64,000 bases of DNA, from NCBI GenBank assembly GCA_963675295.2, contig CAXXKJ010000002.1:928001-992000 (forward strand), in the 5' to 3' direction. Source of the DNA: a bacterium. Lineage in GTDB: Bacteria; Electryoneota; Electryoneia; Electryoneales; Electryoneaceae. This document shows positions 40,001-49,389 of the stretch, in pieces. Both the position numbers and the translations under genes were made by a program. Below the pieces are notes generated by a model. That model ran no database searches, was not told the DNA's origin, and worked only from the letters and a program-made list of their open reading frames with translations. How positions within the stretch are numbered: the stretch's first letter is position 1; each line of letters starts with the position of its first letter.

Positions 40001-42397
40001 ATGTTTCGCAACTACCTGACCATCGCGTGGCGCAATTTGATGCGTCAGAAGGGGTATTCGCTCCTCAACATTCTCGGGCTGGCGCTCGGGATGGCGGTGG
40101 CGTTGCTGATCTTCAGCTATGTCCGCGTCGATTTGCGCTGGGACCGCTGGCACGAGAACAGCGACCTGATCGTACGGCCGGTCGAACTGCAGGACTTCGG
40201 TGGGGATGAACGCACCGATGTCGCGGTGACCATGTCGCCGCTCGGGCCGATGCTGGTCGAGGAACTGCCGGAAGTCGAGACGATGACGCGTGTCATGCAC
40301 GGCTGGCGTCCGCCGGTGGTGATGCGTGGTGAGAAGCGGCTGTATGAAAGTTCGACGGCGTATGTCGACTCCACGTTTTTCCAGGTGTTCTCGTTCAAGC
40401 TGCTGCAAGGTGATCCGGAAACCGCTCTGACACGCCGGGACGCGGTGGTGCTGACCGAAACAGCACGTGACCGTTATTTCGAACCGGACGAGAATCCGAT
40501 CGGTCAGATTCTGCGGATCAACAGCCAGCGCGATGTGGTGGTCACCGCAATCTCAGAAGATCCACCCCCGGAAACACATTTACGCTACGCGATGCTGTTC
40601 CCGTTCGACGCTGGTCTCGATGACCAACGAGAGAATCTTGACGACTGGGGTTCGAACTTTCTCGCAACCTACCTGAAGCTTGTCGCTCCGGAGAATATGG
40701 ACACGTTGGCGTCCAAGGTGACGGAAGCATATCACCGCCATGGCGACTGGGCGGAGCTCGAATTCTGGGTGCAACCGTTAAATGACATGCACCTCAATTC
40801 GGAACACATCGAGATCGACATCAACCCGGGCAAAAGCAGCATGAACAACGTGTACGCCCTTGGCGCGGTTGGATTGTTCATCCTGCTGCTGGCGTGCATC
40901 AACTTCATGAACCTGTCCACTGCGCGGGCGATCACGCGTGCTCGCGAGGTCGGGTTGCGCAAGGTGTCCGGCGCACGAAAGCGTGAACTGATCTTCCAGT
41001 TCCTCGGTGAATCGCTGCTGGTGTCATTCTTCGCGATGCTGCTCGCGGCGCTGGTGGTCGAACTGGCAGGTCCGTGGTTCGCGGATGTGTCCGGCCGTGC
41101 GCTCGAGTTTGCCGTGTTCAGTGGCAGCTTCGCGACCTGGATGCTGCTCGGTCTTGGTGCGGCGGTGGGGATTCTGGCCGGTTTGTACCCGGCGTTCGTG
41201 CTGTCGTCTTTCCGCCCGGTGACGGTGTTGAAATCCGCGGACAGCCGTTCAACGATGGGCGGTGGACGACTGCGGCGGGTGCTGGTCGTGTTCCAGTTTG
41301 CCATTTCGATTGGGCTGATTATCGCGACCGGTGTGGTGTATGCCCAGTTGCAGTATGGTCTGACCAAACCGCTGGGCTTCGACAAGGAAAACGTGTTGGT
41401 GATCCCGATTCCTGACCAGGGATTCTGGGACAATTACGAGGATCACCTGAACTCGTTCAGCAAAGTGCCCGGAGTTGTCGATTACGCGTTGAGTTCACGT
41501 GTCCCCAGCCGTGGCGGATCTTCATCCGGCTTCATCCCGGAAGGTAGCGACCGTTCGCGGGTGATCAACTGGAACTCGGTCAGCGCGGGTGGTGACAAGG
41601 TGTTTGGATGGGACGTGCTGGATGGGCGTTTCTTTGATGAAGAGCTGACCACAGACCGTTGGCTGGACGGCGACACAACTGGCGTGATGCTGATGAATGA
41701 GGCCGCTGCCAAGCAGTTCGGTTGGGACGACCCGATCGGCAAGACGGTCAAGGGGTTTGGCAACGTCACGTTCAACGTGATCGGCTTGATCCGTGACTAT
41801 CACTTCTCTTCGTTGCACACACAGATCGAGCCGATGCTGCTGGTGAATCTCGGTCCCGCCTTCAGCCTTGTCAGCATTCGCTACAACCGGCCTGACGCGC
41901 ACGCCTTTGTACAGGACTTGGAAGCGGTCTGGGACGAACGATTCCCGGACCGTCCCTTCGACTACTTCTTTCTCGACGAGAATTTCGACAGCATGTTCCG
42001 CACCGAGGAGCGGCAGGCGCACCTGTTCCAGGCGTTCAGCATTGTTGCGGTGGTGATCGCGTGCCTCGGCATTCTGGGCTTGGCGGCGTTCTCGACCGGA
42101 CGGCGGACCCGTGAAATCGCGGTGCGCAAGGTGCTTGGTGCCAGCGAAGGCCGCATTTTCGGGTTGTTGACGCGTGAGTTTGCCATCCTGGTGCTGCTGG
42201 CGAACGTGATCGCCTGGCCGGTGACCTACTACCTGATGTCGAAGTGGTTTGAAACGTTTGCGTATCGAGCACCGTGGCCGTGGTGGGTGTTCCCGGCGGC
42301 TGCGGGGGGCACGTTGCTCCTGGCACTTTTGACCGTTGGCTTGCAGGCGATCAAGGCGGTGCGGTTGCGACCGGCGAGGGCGTTACGCTACGAATAA
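40001..42397 (+). CDS. MacB/FtsX-type ABC permease
   Basis: MFRNYL.IAWRNL, ACINFMNLSTARA..RAREVG.RKV.GA; ends ALRYE. Confidence 0.92.
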   Translation: MFRNYLTIAWRNLMRQKGYSLLNILGLALGMAVALLIFSYVRVDLRWDRWHENSDLIVRPVELQDFGGDERTDVAVTMSPLGPMLVEELPEVETMTRVMHGWRPPVVMRGEKRLYESSTAYVDSTFFQVFSFKLLQGDPETALTRRDAVVLTETARDRYFEPDENPIGQILRINSQRDVVVTAISEDPPPETHLRYAMLFPFDAGLDDQRENLDDWGSNFLATYLKLVAPENMDTLASKVTEAYHRHGDWAELEFWVQPLNDMHLNSEHIEIDINPGKSSMNNVYALGAVGLFILLLACINFMNLSTARAITRAREVGLRKVSGARKRELIFQFLGESLLVSFFAMLLAALVVELAGPWFADVSGRALEFAVFSGSFATWMLLGLGAAVGILAGLYPAFVLSSFRPVTVLKSADSRSTMGGGRLRRVLVVFQFAISIGLIIATGVVYAQLQYGLTKPLGFDKENVLVIPIPDQGFWDNYEDHLNSFSKVPGVVDYALSSRVPSRGGSSSGFIPEGSDRSRVINWNSVSAGGDKVFGWDVLDGRFFDEELTTDRWLDGDTTGVMLMNEAAAKQFGWDDPIGKTVKGFGNVTFNVIGLIRDYHFSSLHTQIEPMLLVNLGPAFSLVSIRYNRPDAHAFVQDLEAVWDERFPDRPFDYFFLDENFDSMFRTEERQAHLFQAFSIVAVVIACLGILGLAAFSTGRRTREIAVRKVLGASEGRIFGLLTREFAILVLLANVIAWPVTYYLMSKWFETFAYRAPWPWWVFPAAAGGTLLLALLTVGLQAIKAVRLRPARALRYE

Positions 42398-42402
42398 AAA
42401 CA

Positions 42403-42496
42403 GTGATGAGTGATGAGTGGTGAGTGATGAGGTAAACCTGGGCTGCGGGCTGTTGGCGGACTGCGGTCTGCGGACTACGGTCAGCGGACTGTAGAC
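42403..42496 (+). repeat. Heptamer repeat arrays (GTGATGA-type, then GGACTGC-type)
   Basis: GTGATGA GTGATGA GTGGTGA GTGATGA ... GGACTGC GGTCTGC GGACTAC GGTCAGC GGACTGT. Confidence 0.8.
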
Positions 42497-42550
42497 GACA
42501 AGCACCAGACTGGGACCGGCAGGTTGAGGTCTGTGCGAGGTCAGTGCGCC

Positions 42551-42576
42551 TTACCACGGACTTAAGTCCGTGGTAA
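42551..42576. repeat. 26-bp perfect palindrome, copy 1
   Basis: TTACCACGGACTTAAGTCCGTGGTAA. Confidence 0.9.
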
Positions 42577-42649
42577 TCAAAAAATGACCGTGCGATAAGG
42601 AAATCGGACGCGCATCCGCGTCAGACGATATCGATTGGGGGACGGATCA

Positions 42650-45016
42650 ATGTGGATCAACTATCTCAAGCTGGCCATCCGTAGTCTGTTGCGTGGACGG
42701 CTGTACAGTGTGATCAACGTGACCGGTTTCGCGGTCGGCATCGCGGCGGCGTTGGCGTTGTTCCTGTACGTGCGTTACGAACTGACATACGACCACATGC
42801 ACCCACAGCTTGACCGTCTCTACCAGGTGCAGGAGTACACGAACTGGTTGGGCGACGAGACGGACATGCAATGGACACCCGCCGCGATGGGTCCGGCGTT
42901 GGCGGAGGGTTTGCCCGACGTGGAAACTGTCGCGCGCTACCGCGGCTTCGGCACCGCACCCACCGAAGCGGGCGAGAAGAAGCTGCTGCAGACGTATTGT
43001 TTCGCCGATCCATCCTTTTTTGATCTGTTCGCGCTCCCGATACTGCACCGCAGCGGCCCTGAGATTCTGACCGAACCGAACACCGTCGCCATCACCGAAT
43101 CGGTCGCCGCACGCTTTTTCCCGGACACCAATCCCATCGGCCAGACGATGGTCTTCGAGGATCACATCCTGCTGACCGTCGAGGCCGTGATCGCCGATCC
43201 GCCGAAGAATACCCGGTTTAACAATCTCGAATGTGTGCTCAGCATGGAAACCTGTTTCACCGACGATTACGAAGGTGCAGATGAGCGCACAAACTGGTAT
43301 TCGCACAACTACTACACGTACGTACGGCTGCGGGATGGTGTCGATCAGGCGGTGTTCGAGAACCAACTCGAACCGTACCTGACGAAAACGGCTGGCGAAG
43401 ACCTCCGCGAATCATTCGACGCCCACCTTGTTCCCTTCACCCAGCTTCATCTCGGCGGCGACTACCGGAACGTGGCGATGATCGGCATGATCGGGGCGTT
43501 CATCCTGCTGATCGCGTGCATCAACTACATGAACCTGGCGACCGCTCGCAGCCTGAAACGAGCGCGAGAAATCGGGGTACGCAAGGTGCTGGGTGGGACA
43601 CGGTATGAGCTGATGCGGCAGTTCCTCTCGGAAGCGTTGCTGGTGACAGGGATATCGGTGTTGTTGGCGTTGTTGTTGCTCGAGTTGGCATTCCCGTGGT
43701 TTGAGGGCATGATTTCGATCCCACTCCGGGTTGCATTGAACCTCAACCTCAGCCAGGTGGTACTGGCGCTGGTGGGATTGGCGGCGATCTGCGGATTGCT
43801 GGCGGGATCGTACCCGGCGCTGGTGTTGAGCGGGTTCCGTCCGGTTAAGGTGTTGAAATCCGGCGCGGCGGTGCGCGGTAGCGGCGCACGGATGCGCAAA
43901 TTCCTTGTCGTCTTCCAGTTCGCAATTTCGCTGGCGTTGATTTTCGGCACCATCACCATCCTCTCGCAGCATCGCTACCTGCTGCAACGCGACCTCGGCT
44001 TCGACGAAGATGGGCTGATTTTCGTCACCCTGCGCGGTGAGCAAGCGCGGTTGTCGGCGTACGAGTTGAAGCAGGAATTGCTGAAATCATCGCGAATTGA
44101 GAACGTTTCCATTCAATCGCAGGTCATCGGCCGGACCCGGGGCGGGATGTGGACGATCAGCACGCCTGCGATGGCCGATGAAGAGGAGGCGGTGTTCGCC
44201 GTCTTCAGCGATCCGGATTATATCCGGACGTTAGGCCTGAACCTTGTCTGGGGACGGGATTTCGACCCAGATCGTCCCGGTGAGAAGGACGAAGCGTTCC
44301 TCGTCAACGAGGAATTTGTCCGTCACTTCGGCATCGATGCGAATGACGATCCCCGTGTCACGTTGAACGGGACTGGACGGCACGGGCAGATCATCGGTGT
44401 GCTCGAAGACTACAACTTCCAGCCGTTGCAGAATACCAACGCGCCAGCGATCATCGCCTATCCGCGTAACCTCTGGGATAACCGTGTCATCGCCGTCCGT
44501 GTCAACCCGGGATCCGTCGAAGAGGCCCTGGCGGCGATCGAGGCTGCCTGGGTCAAGTATGAACCCCAGTTGCCGCTGGTCTACCACTTCCTTGACGAAT
44601 GGCTGCAGGAAAATTACACCTCGGAACAGGAACTGGCGAACCTGCTCAGCCTGTTCGCGGGACTGGCGATTGTGGTCGCGTCACTTGGCTTGCTGGGGCT
44701 GGCGGCGTATGCGACGGAAACCCGCACCAAGGAAATCGGCATTCGCAAGGTGCTGGGTGCGGATTCGGGGCGGATCATCCTGTTGTTGACCGGCGATTTT
44801 CTCCGTCCGGTGTTGCTCGCAAACCTGATTGCGTGGCCGGCGGCGTGGCTGTTCATGCGCAACTGGCTGCAGGATTTCCCGTATCGGATTGAACAGCCAT
44901 GGCTGGCGTACCTGGCCGCGGCAGGGACGGTGCTGCTGGTCGCGTGGGCGGTGATGGCCTCGACGACGCTCCGTGCGGCGCTGAACAAACCGGCGAAGGC
45001 GTTGCGGTATGAGTGA
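42650..45016 (+). CDS. MacB/FtsX-type ABC permease
   Basis: MWINYLKLA.R.L, ACINYMNLATARS.KRAREIGVRKVLG; ends ALRYE; start ATG 42650. Confidence 0.92.
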   Translation: MWINYLKLAIRSLLRGRLYSVINVTGFAVGIAAALALFLYVRYELTYDHMHPQLDRLYQVQEYTNWLGDETDMQWTPAAMGPALAEGLPDVETVARYRGFGTAPTEAGEKKLLQTYCFADPSFFDLFALPILHRSGPEILTEPNTVAITESVAARFFPDTNPIGQTMVFEDHILLTVEAVIADPPKNTRFNNLECVLSMETCFTDDYEGADERTNWYSHNYYTYVRLRDGVDQAVFENQLEPYLTKTAGEDLRESFDAHLVPFTQLHLGGDYRNVAMIGMIGAFILLIACINYMNLATARSLKRAREIGVRKVLGGTRYELMRQFLSEALLVTGISVLLALLLLELAFPWFEGMISIPLRVALNLNLSQVVLALVGLAAICGLLAGSYPALVLSGFRPVKVLKSGAAVRGSGARMRKFLVVFQFAISLALIFGTITILSQHRYLLQRDLGFDEDGLIFVTLRGEQARLSAYELKQELLKSSRIENVSIQSQVIGRTRGGMWTISTPAMADEEEAVFAVFSDPDYIRTLGLNLVWGRDFDPDRPGEKDEAFLVNEEFVRHFGIDANDDPRVTLNGTGRHGQIIGVLEDYNFQPLQNTNAPAIIAYPRNLWDNRVIAVRVNPGSVEEALAAIEAAWVKYEPQLPLVYHFLDEWLQENYTSEQELANLLSLFAGLAIVVASLGLLGLAAYATETRTKEIGIRKVLGADSGRIILLLTGDFLRPVLLANLIAWPAAWLFMRNWLQDFPYRIEQPWLAYLAAAGTVLLVAWAVMASTTLRAALNKPAKALRYE

Positions 45017-45021
45017 GGACA

Positions 45022-45139
45022 GTGGCGAGTTGTGAGTGATGAGTTGTGAGTGATGAGTAAATCATGGGTTACGGGCTACGGACTGCGGGCGGCGGACTGC
45101 GGACTCAGATTGGCAGGCTGCGGACTACGGACTGGGACC
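45022..45139 (+). repeat. Heptamer repeat arrays
   Basis: GTGGCGA GTTGTGA GTGATGA GTTGTGA GTGATGA, then GGGCTAC GGACTGC ... GGACTAC. Confidence 0.8.
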
Positions 45140-45250
45140 ATCGGGTTGTGTGAGATATTGACCGGTGAGATGCTGAAGTGATGTGCCCCTGATGGCTTCG
45201 CCAGCAGGGATTATCGGGCGATACAGGCTCGTGATCATCGTTTGGTTCGT

Positions 45251-45276
45251 TTACCACGGACTTAAGTCCGTGGTAA
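45251..45276. repeat. 26-bp perfect palindrome, copy 2
   Basis: Identical to 42551-42576. Confidence 0.9.
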
Positions 45277-45306
45277 AAAGGTGTTGCCGTCCACAGTTGT
45301 CAGTAG

Positions 45307-45336
45307 CTCACGACTCACAACTCATCACTCACAACT
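45307..45336 (-). repeat. Inverted heptamer array
   Basis: CTCACGA CTCACAA CTCATCA CTCACAA, the reverse complement of the 45022-45058 array type. Confidence 0.8.
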
Positions 45337-45347
45337 GGTTTTCCCGC

Positions 45348-45363
45348 TGTCCGATTCCGTACA
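45348..45363. promoter_or_regulatory. Candidate autoregulatory operator upstream of the response regulator
   Basis: TGTCCG-ATTC-CGTACA, same motif as 34442-34457. Confidence 0.55.
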
Positions 45364-45397
45364 CTTACAAATTGACTGATCTGACGGGAGTTTGACC

Positions 45398-46777
45398 GTG
45401 CTCCGTGAAAAGAACGGCCGTGTGCTGATCGTCGACGATGACGCCGACATCCTCACCGCCATGCGCCTGCTGCTGAAGCCGCATGTCGAATTGGTCCATA
45501 CCGAACCGAATCCCGAGAACCTGCCCGCTCGTCTCCGTGATCTCAGCTACGACGCGATCCTGCTCGACATGAATTTCAGCAAGGACGCCACCTCCGGTGA
45601 GGAAGGCTTCCATTGGCTGGAGCGGATTCTGGAACTTGATCCCGCCGCGGTGGTCATCATGATCACGGCGTACGGCGACGTCGAGACGGCTGTCCGTGCG
45701 GTGAAGCAGGGGGCGGTGGATTTTGTGCTCAAGCCATGGCAGAACGAGAAGATCCTCGCGACGATCAACGCGGCGATGAAGTTGAGCGCGACCCGTGGCC
45801 AGGTGCGCACGCTGCAGGACCGGCAACGCGCGTTATCGGCGGAACTGGAGCAGTCATTTCAGGATATCGTCGGCCGTTCGCCCGGGATGATGCGTGTCTT
45901 CGAGACGATTGAGAAGGTCGCCGGGACCGAGGCCAATGTGCTCATCCTCGGCGAAAACGGCACCGGCAAGGAGTTGATCGCCCGCGCGATTCATCGTCAG
46001 AGCAAACGGTCGGACGAGATTTTCGTCACTGTCGATATGGGTGCGATCAGCGAGAATCTGTTCGAGTCGGAGATGTTCGGCCATAAGCGGGGAGCGTTCA
46101 CCGACGCCAAGGCGGATCGTGCCGGACGGTTCGAAGTTGCGACCGGGGGTACGTTATTCCTCGACGAAATCGGCAACCTCTCGCCCGCGATGCAGGCGAA
46201 GCTGTTGCGCGCGTTGGAATCAAGAACCATCACCCGGGTTGGCGATCACAAGGTGCAGAAGGTGGACATCCGGTTGATTTGCGCGACGAACCACGATGTC
46301 AGCGAGATGGTTGCGTCGCGTCAGTTCCGGCAGGACCTGCTGTACCGGATCAACACCGTCGAGATTCATCTGCCGCCGTTACGGGATCGCCGTGAAGACA
46401 TACCGCCGTTGATCGACCACTACCTCGACCATTTTTCGCAGAAATACAACCGTGGCTCGCTGACCGTGAACCAGGCCGCGCAGCGCAAGCTGGAACGCTA
46501 CGATTGGCCGGGGAATGTGCGCGAACTGAAACATGCCATTGAGCGCGCGGTGATCATGGCCGAGGACAAGGTGCTGCAGCCGGCGGACTTCTTTATCTCG
46601 GGCGGAGATGATCGTGGCGGCGAGGTCGAGCTGGACTCATTCAACCTCGAGGATGTCGAACGGACGGTGGTGCTCAAGGCGATCCGCAAGCACGACGGGA
46701 ATATTTCACACGCCGCGAAAGAGCTGGGCCTGACACGGACGAGCCTCTACCGCCGGATCGAGAAATATGGGTTGTAG
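45398..46777 (+). CDS. sigma54-dependent NtrC-family response regulator (REC-AAA+-Fis HTH)
   Basis: LIVDDD, LLDMNF, GENGTGKE, FESEMFGH..GAFTDA, LFLDEIG, FRQDLLYRIN, WPGNVREL, HTH AAKELGL.RTSLYRR; GTG 45398 fits the GGGAG RBS better than TTG 45392. Confidence 0.95.
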   Translation: MLREKNGRVLIVDDDADILTAMRLLLKPHVELVHTEPNPENLPARLRDLSYDAILLDMNFSKDATSGEEGFHWLERILELDPAAVVIMITAYGDVETAVRAVKQGAVDFVLKPWQNEKILATINAAMKLSATRGQVRTLQDRQRALSAELEQSFQDIVGRSPGMMRVFETIEKVAGTEANVLILGENGTGKELIARAIHRQSKRSDEIFVTVDMGAISENLFESEMFGHKRGAFTDAKADRAGRFEVATGGTLFLDEIGNLSPAMQAKLLRALESRTITRVGDHKVQKVDIRLICATNHDVSEMVASRQFRQDLLYRINTVEIHLPPLRDRREDIPPLIDHYLDHFSQKYNRGSLTVNQAAQRKLERYDWPGNVRELKHAIERAVIMAEDKVLQPADFFISGGDDRGGEVELDSFNLEDVERTVVLKAIRKHDGNISHAAKELGLTRTSLYRRIEKYGL

Positions 46778-46809
46778 TGGTGACGGATCTGGAATCGGAT
46801 CGGACGCTC

Positions 46810-47211
46810 TCAATACGGAGAAAATTCCTCTTCCTTTTTTTTATCAATCTTGGCAGTCGTTTTCTGCCCAATTGCGTTGAGTAACGGATCGTCAGAGCGA
46901 GCGAACTCATGTGGATAGCCCCAGTAGTCTAGTTTGTCGTTTATGAAATACAGATAATAATTGTTGATATTTGAAGATCCGGCACTAATTGCATAAACAT
47001 AAACGAGTTCATTAATACCTGGGGTATCTTTCCACAAAAAAGCGTATTTCGGCTTTTTGTCTAGAGCAGAAACGACATATTCTGGACTCACATCTTTCTC
47101 GAGGTACCCCATTTGTGTGATTGTTGGCGTACAGGAGGTTAAGCAGAGGATGATAGCCAGAATCACAAGGATAACCTGCGGTCGCATGAGTTGTCGTTTG
47201 CTAATCATCAT
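46810..47211 (-). CDS. Small AT-rich lipoprotein (hypothetical)
   Basis: Lipobox LTSC; C-terminal YYLYF.NDKL.YWGYP.EFARSDD. Confidence 0.7.
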   Translation of the reverse strand: MMISKRQLMRPQVILVILAIILCLTSCTPTITQMGYLEKDVSPEYVVSALDKKPKYAFLWKDTPGINELVYVYAISAGSSNINNYYLYFINDKLDYWGYPHEFARSDDPLLNAIGQKTTAKIDKKKEEEFSPY

Positions 47212-47635
47212 GATTCATCTTCTCCGGTTCGGTATAGGCAAAAATTTGGCGGCCCAGATTAGCAATAGCGGGATCAGATTCTCTTGAAAACTCTGGAATG
47301 AATCCCCAATAGCATAAACAGTCGTGGTAGAAAGCAAAGTAGTAGCATTCTTCATAAGGAGAGTCAATACCAACGATAATAAAACCAGTGCCAGCGGGTA
47401 CTGTGCTGTATTGCTTTTCCGTGCCAGTACGAAGCATGTATTGAAGAATCGAATACTCAAGTGTATCAACGGCTACAGTGAATTGTTGCTTGGGTTTACG
47501 TTGAACATCCGCAATCAGGTCTTCCTGGCTCATTCCCTTGCGCAGGTGGCTGATGTCATCCATCACAAGGGCGGGCGCACAGCCGGTCAAGACGAGGAGT
47601 AACAGCGATAGAGAAACGTGGTAAGCACGGTGCAT
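47201..47635 (-). CDS. Small lipoprotein (hypothetical), paralog of 46810..47211
   Basis: GGGAGG RBS, ATG 47635; lipobox LTGC; LRKGMSQED; YYFAF..D.L.YWGF..EFSRESD. Confidence 0.7.
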   Translation of the reverse strand: MHRAYHVSLSLLLLVLTGCAPALVMDDISHLRKGMSQEDLIADVQRKPKQQFTVAVDTLEYSILQYMLRTGTEKQYSTVPAGTGFIIVGIDSPYEECYYFAFYHDCLCYWGFIPEFSRESDPAIANLGRQIFAYTEPEKMNHDD

Positions 47636-47877
47636 GACAGCCTCCCATGCGGCATTCGAATTTTTGCTAATCACTACAAGAATTAGTAATTCAGGCTATT
47701 AGACAAAGAAAGGTACACAACGCCTGGTTTGTTGTCAAATAGAAATTCGTGAAACTTGTGAAATAGTAACGGATTTGGTTTTCACAAGCAGATCGCTGTT
47801 TCTTTGAATGTTGTGCAGGGTAACCAACGAATCGACGGGTTCTCGGAGAGCAGACCTCCGAATTCAGGACGAAACAG

Positions 47878-49218
47878 ATGTCACTAAACCGCTTTCACGC
47901 CGGAGTGTTGATCCGGGTCGGCGCGCTGACGTTGACGCTGATTCTGATCGCGTGGCTGGTGGTTGTCACGGACTACGTGATGACCATCGCGCTGCTCGGT
48001 GTGTTTGCGATCATTCAGGTGATCACGCTGGTACGGTATGTCGAGAAAGTGCAGCGTGACCTGACCCGTTTCCTCATCGCGGTCAAGTATGAGGATTTTT
48101 TCGAGACCTTCCAGAGTCCGACCACCGACACCGCCAGCCGCCTCAACGACGAATTTACCCGCATCATGACCGAATTCCGGCGGGTGCGTGCGGAGCGTGA
48201 GGAACAGGTGCAGTACCTGCAGACGGTCTTGCAGCACATTGCATCCGCCGTGATCAGCTACGATTCATCCGGCGAGGTGGAGCTGGCGAACACGGCCGCG
48301 CGGAAGCTGTTCAAGTTGAATCGCTGCGAACACATCGACCGGATGAACAAGGTGAGCCCGGAGTTGGTCGAGATGTTGAAGACGATCCGTGCCGGCGAAC
48401 AGCGGGTGATTAAGGTGGTGGACGAGGGCGATGTGCTGCAGCTGCTTGTCCGGGCGACGGAATTTGTCCGTGGCGGACGGCGGCTGACGCTGGTCGCGAT
48501 CCAGAACATTCGCTCCGAGTTGGAAGAGCAGGAACTGGAAGCGTGGCAGAACCTGATCCGTGTGCTGACGCACGAGATCCGTAACTCAATCACGCCGATT
48601 GCGTCCCTGGCGACGACCACGAACTCCCTTCTCGCCGAGATCCCGGTGCCGGAGGGGGAGGAAGGCGAGACGGTTGAGGACGCGCAGCTCGCGGTGCGCA
48701 CGATTCAAAAACGCAGCGAGGGGCTGCTCAAGTTTGTTGAAGCGTTCCGCAGCCTGTACAAGGTGCCGGAACCAGACCTGGAGCGGGTGGAAGTACGCGG
48801 CCTGCTGGACCATCTCGCGAAGTTCTTCGAGCCGAAGTTTAGCGAGTCCGGTATCACGGCCAGCTTTGACTGTTCGCCCGGCAACCTGAGGGTGCTCGCC
48901 GACCGGGACCTGATCGAACAGGTGTTGATCAACCTGATCACGAACGCGTTGCAGGCGGTGCCGGGTGTCGCCGAGCCACGAATCGAGGTGACCGCTTCGA
49001 TCGACGCACAGGGCCGTGGACGGATCCGTGTGCTGGACAACGGCAGTGGCATTGAGCCGGACCTGCTTGAACGTGTGTTTATCCCCTTCTTTACGACCAA
49101 GCCGGACGGCACCGGCGTCGGTCTCTCCCTCTCCCGCCAGATCATGCGCATGCATCGCGGTACCATCACCGCCCAGTCGAAACCCGGTGAAGAAACGGTG
49201 TTTACACTCGTTTTCTGA
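47878..49218 (+). CDS. Sensor histidine kinase (NtrY-like, PAS-containing), likely cognate of the 45398 regulator
   Basis: Two N-terminal TMs; IRVLTHEIRNSITPI H-box, QVLINLITNA, DNGSGI, FIPFFTTK..GTGVGLSL. Confidence 0.92.
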   Translation: MSLNRFHAGVLIRVGALTLTLILIAWLVVVTDYVMTIALLGVFAIIQVITLVRYVEKVQRDLTRFLIAVKYEDFFETFQSPTTDTASRLNDEFTRIMTEFRRVRAEREEQVQYLQTVLQHIASAVISYDSSGEVELANTAARKLFKLNRCEHIDRMNKVSPELVEMLKTIRAGEQRVIKVVDEGDVLQLLVRATEFVRGGRRLTLVAIQNIRSELEEQELEAWQNLIRVLTHEIRNSITPIASLATTTNSLLAEIPVPEGEEGETVEDAQLAVRTIQKRSEGLLKFVEAFRSLYKVPEPDLERVEVRGLLDHLAKFFEPKFSESGITASFDCSPGNLRVLADRDLIEQVLINLITNALQAVPGVAEPRIEVTASIDAQGRGRIRVLDNGSGIEPDLLERVFIPFFTTKPDGTGVGLSLSRQIMRMHRGTITAQSKPGEETVFTLVF

Positions 49219-49389
49219 TCGAGCTGGAAGCGTTGATTGCATGATTTAGCAAACCTCGCATTCATTACTGAAATAAAGCTGCTCTTCGTCAATTCATTAT
49301 TGTGGAGCCCGTATGAATACTGTAAGTTCCTAGCTTCACATGCCGTGCAGGCTGCAAGGTTGAAATCTCAATCCAACAGGGGGGGGGAG

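Noticed and set aside
42403-45340. Two identical 26-bp palindromes plus short repeats as a possible CRISPR array
   Set aside because: The copies are 2.7 kb apart and separated by a gene; there is no repeat-spacer periodicity and no cas gene.
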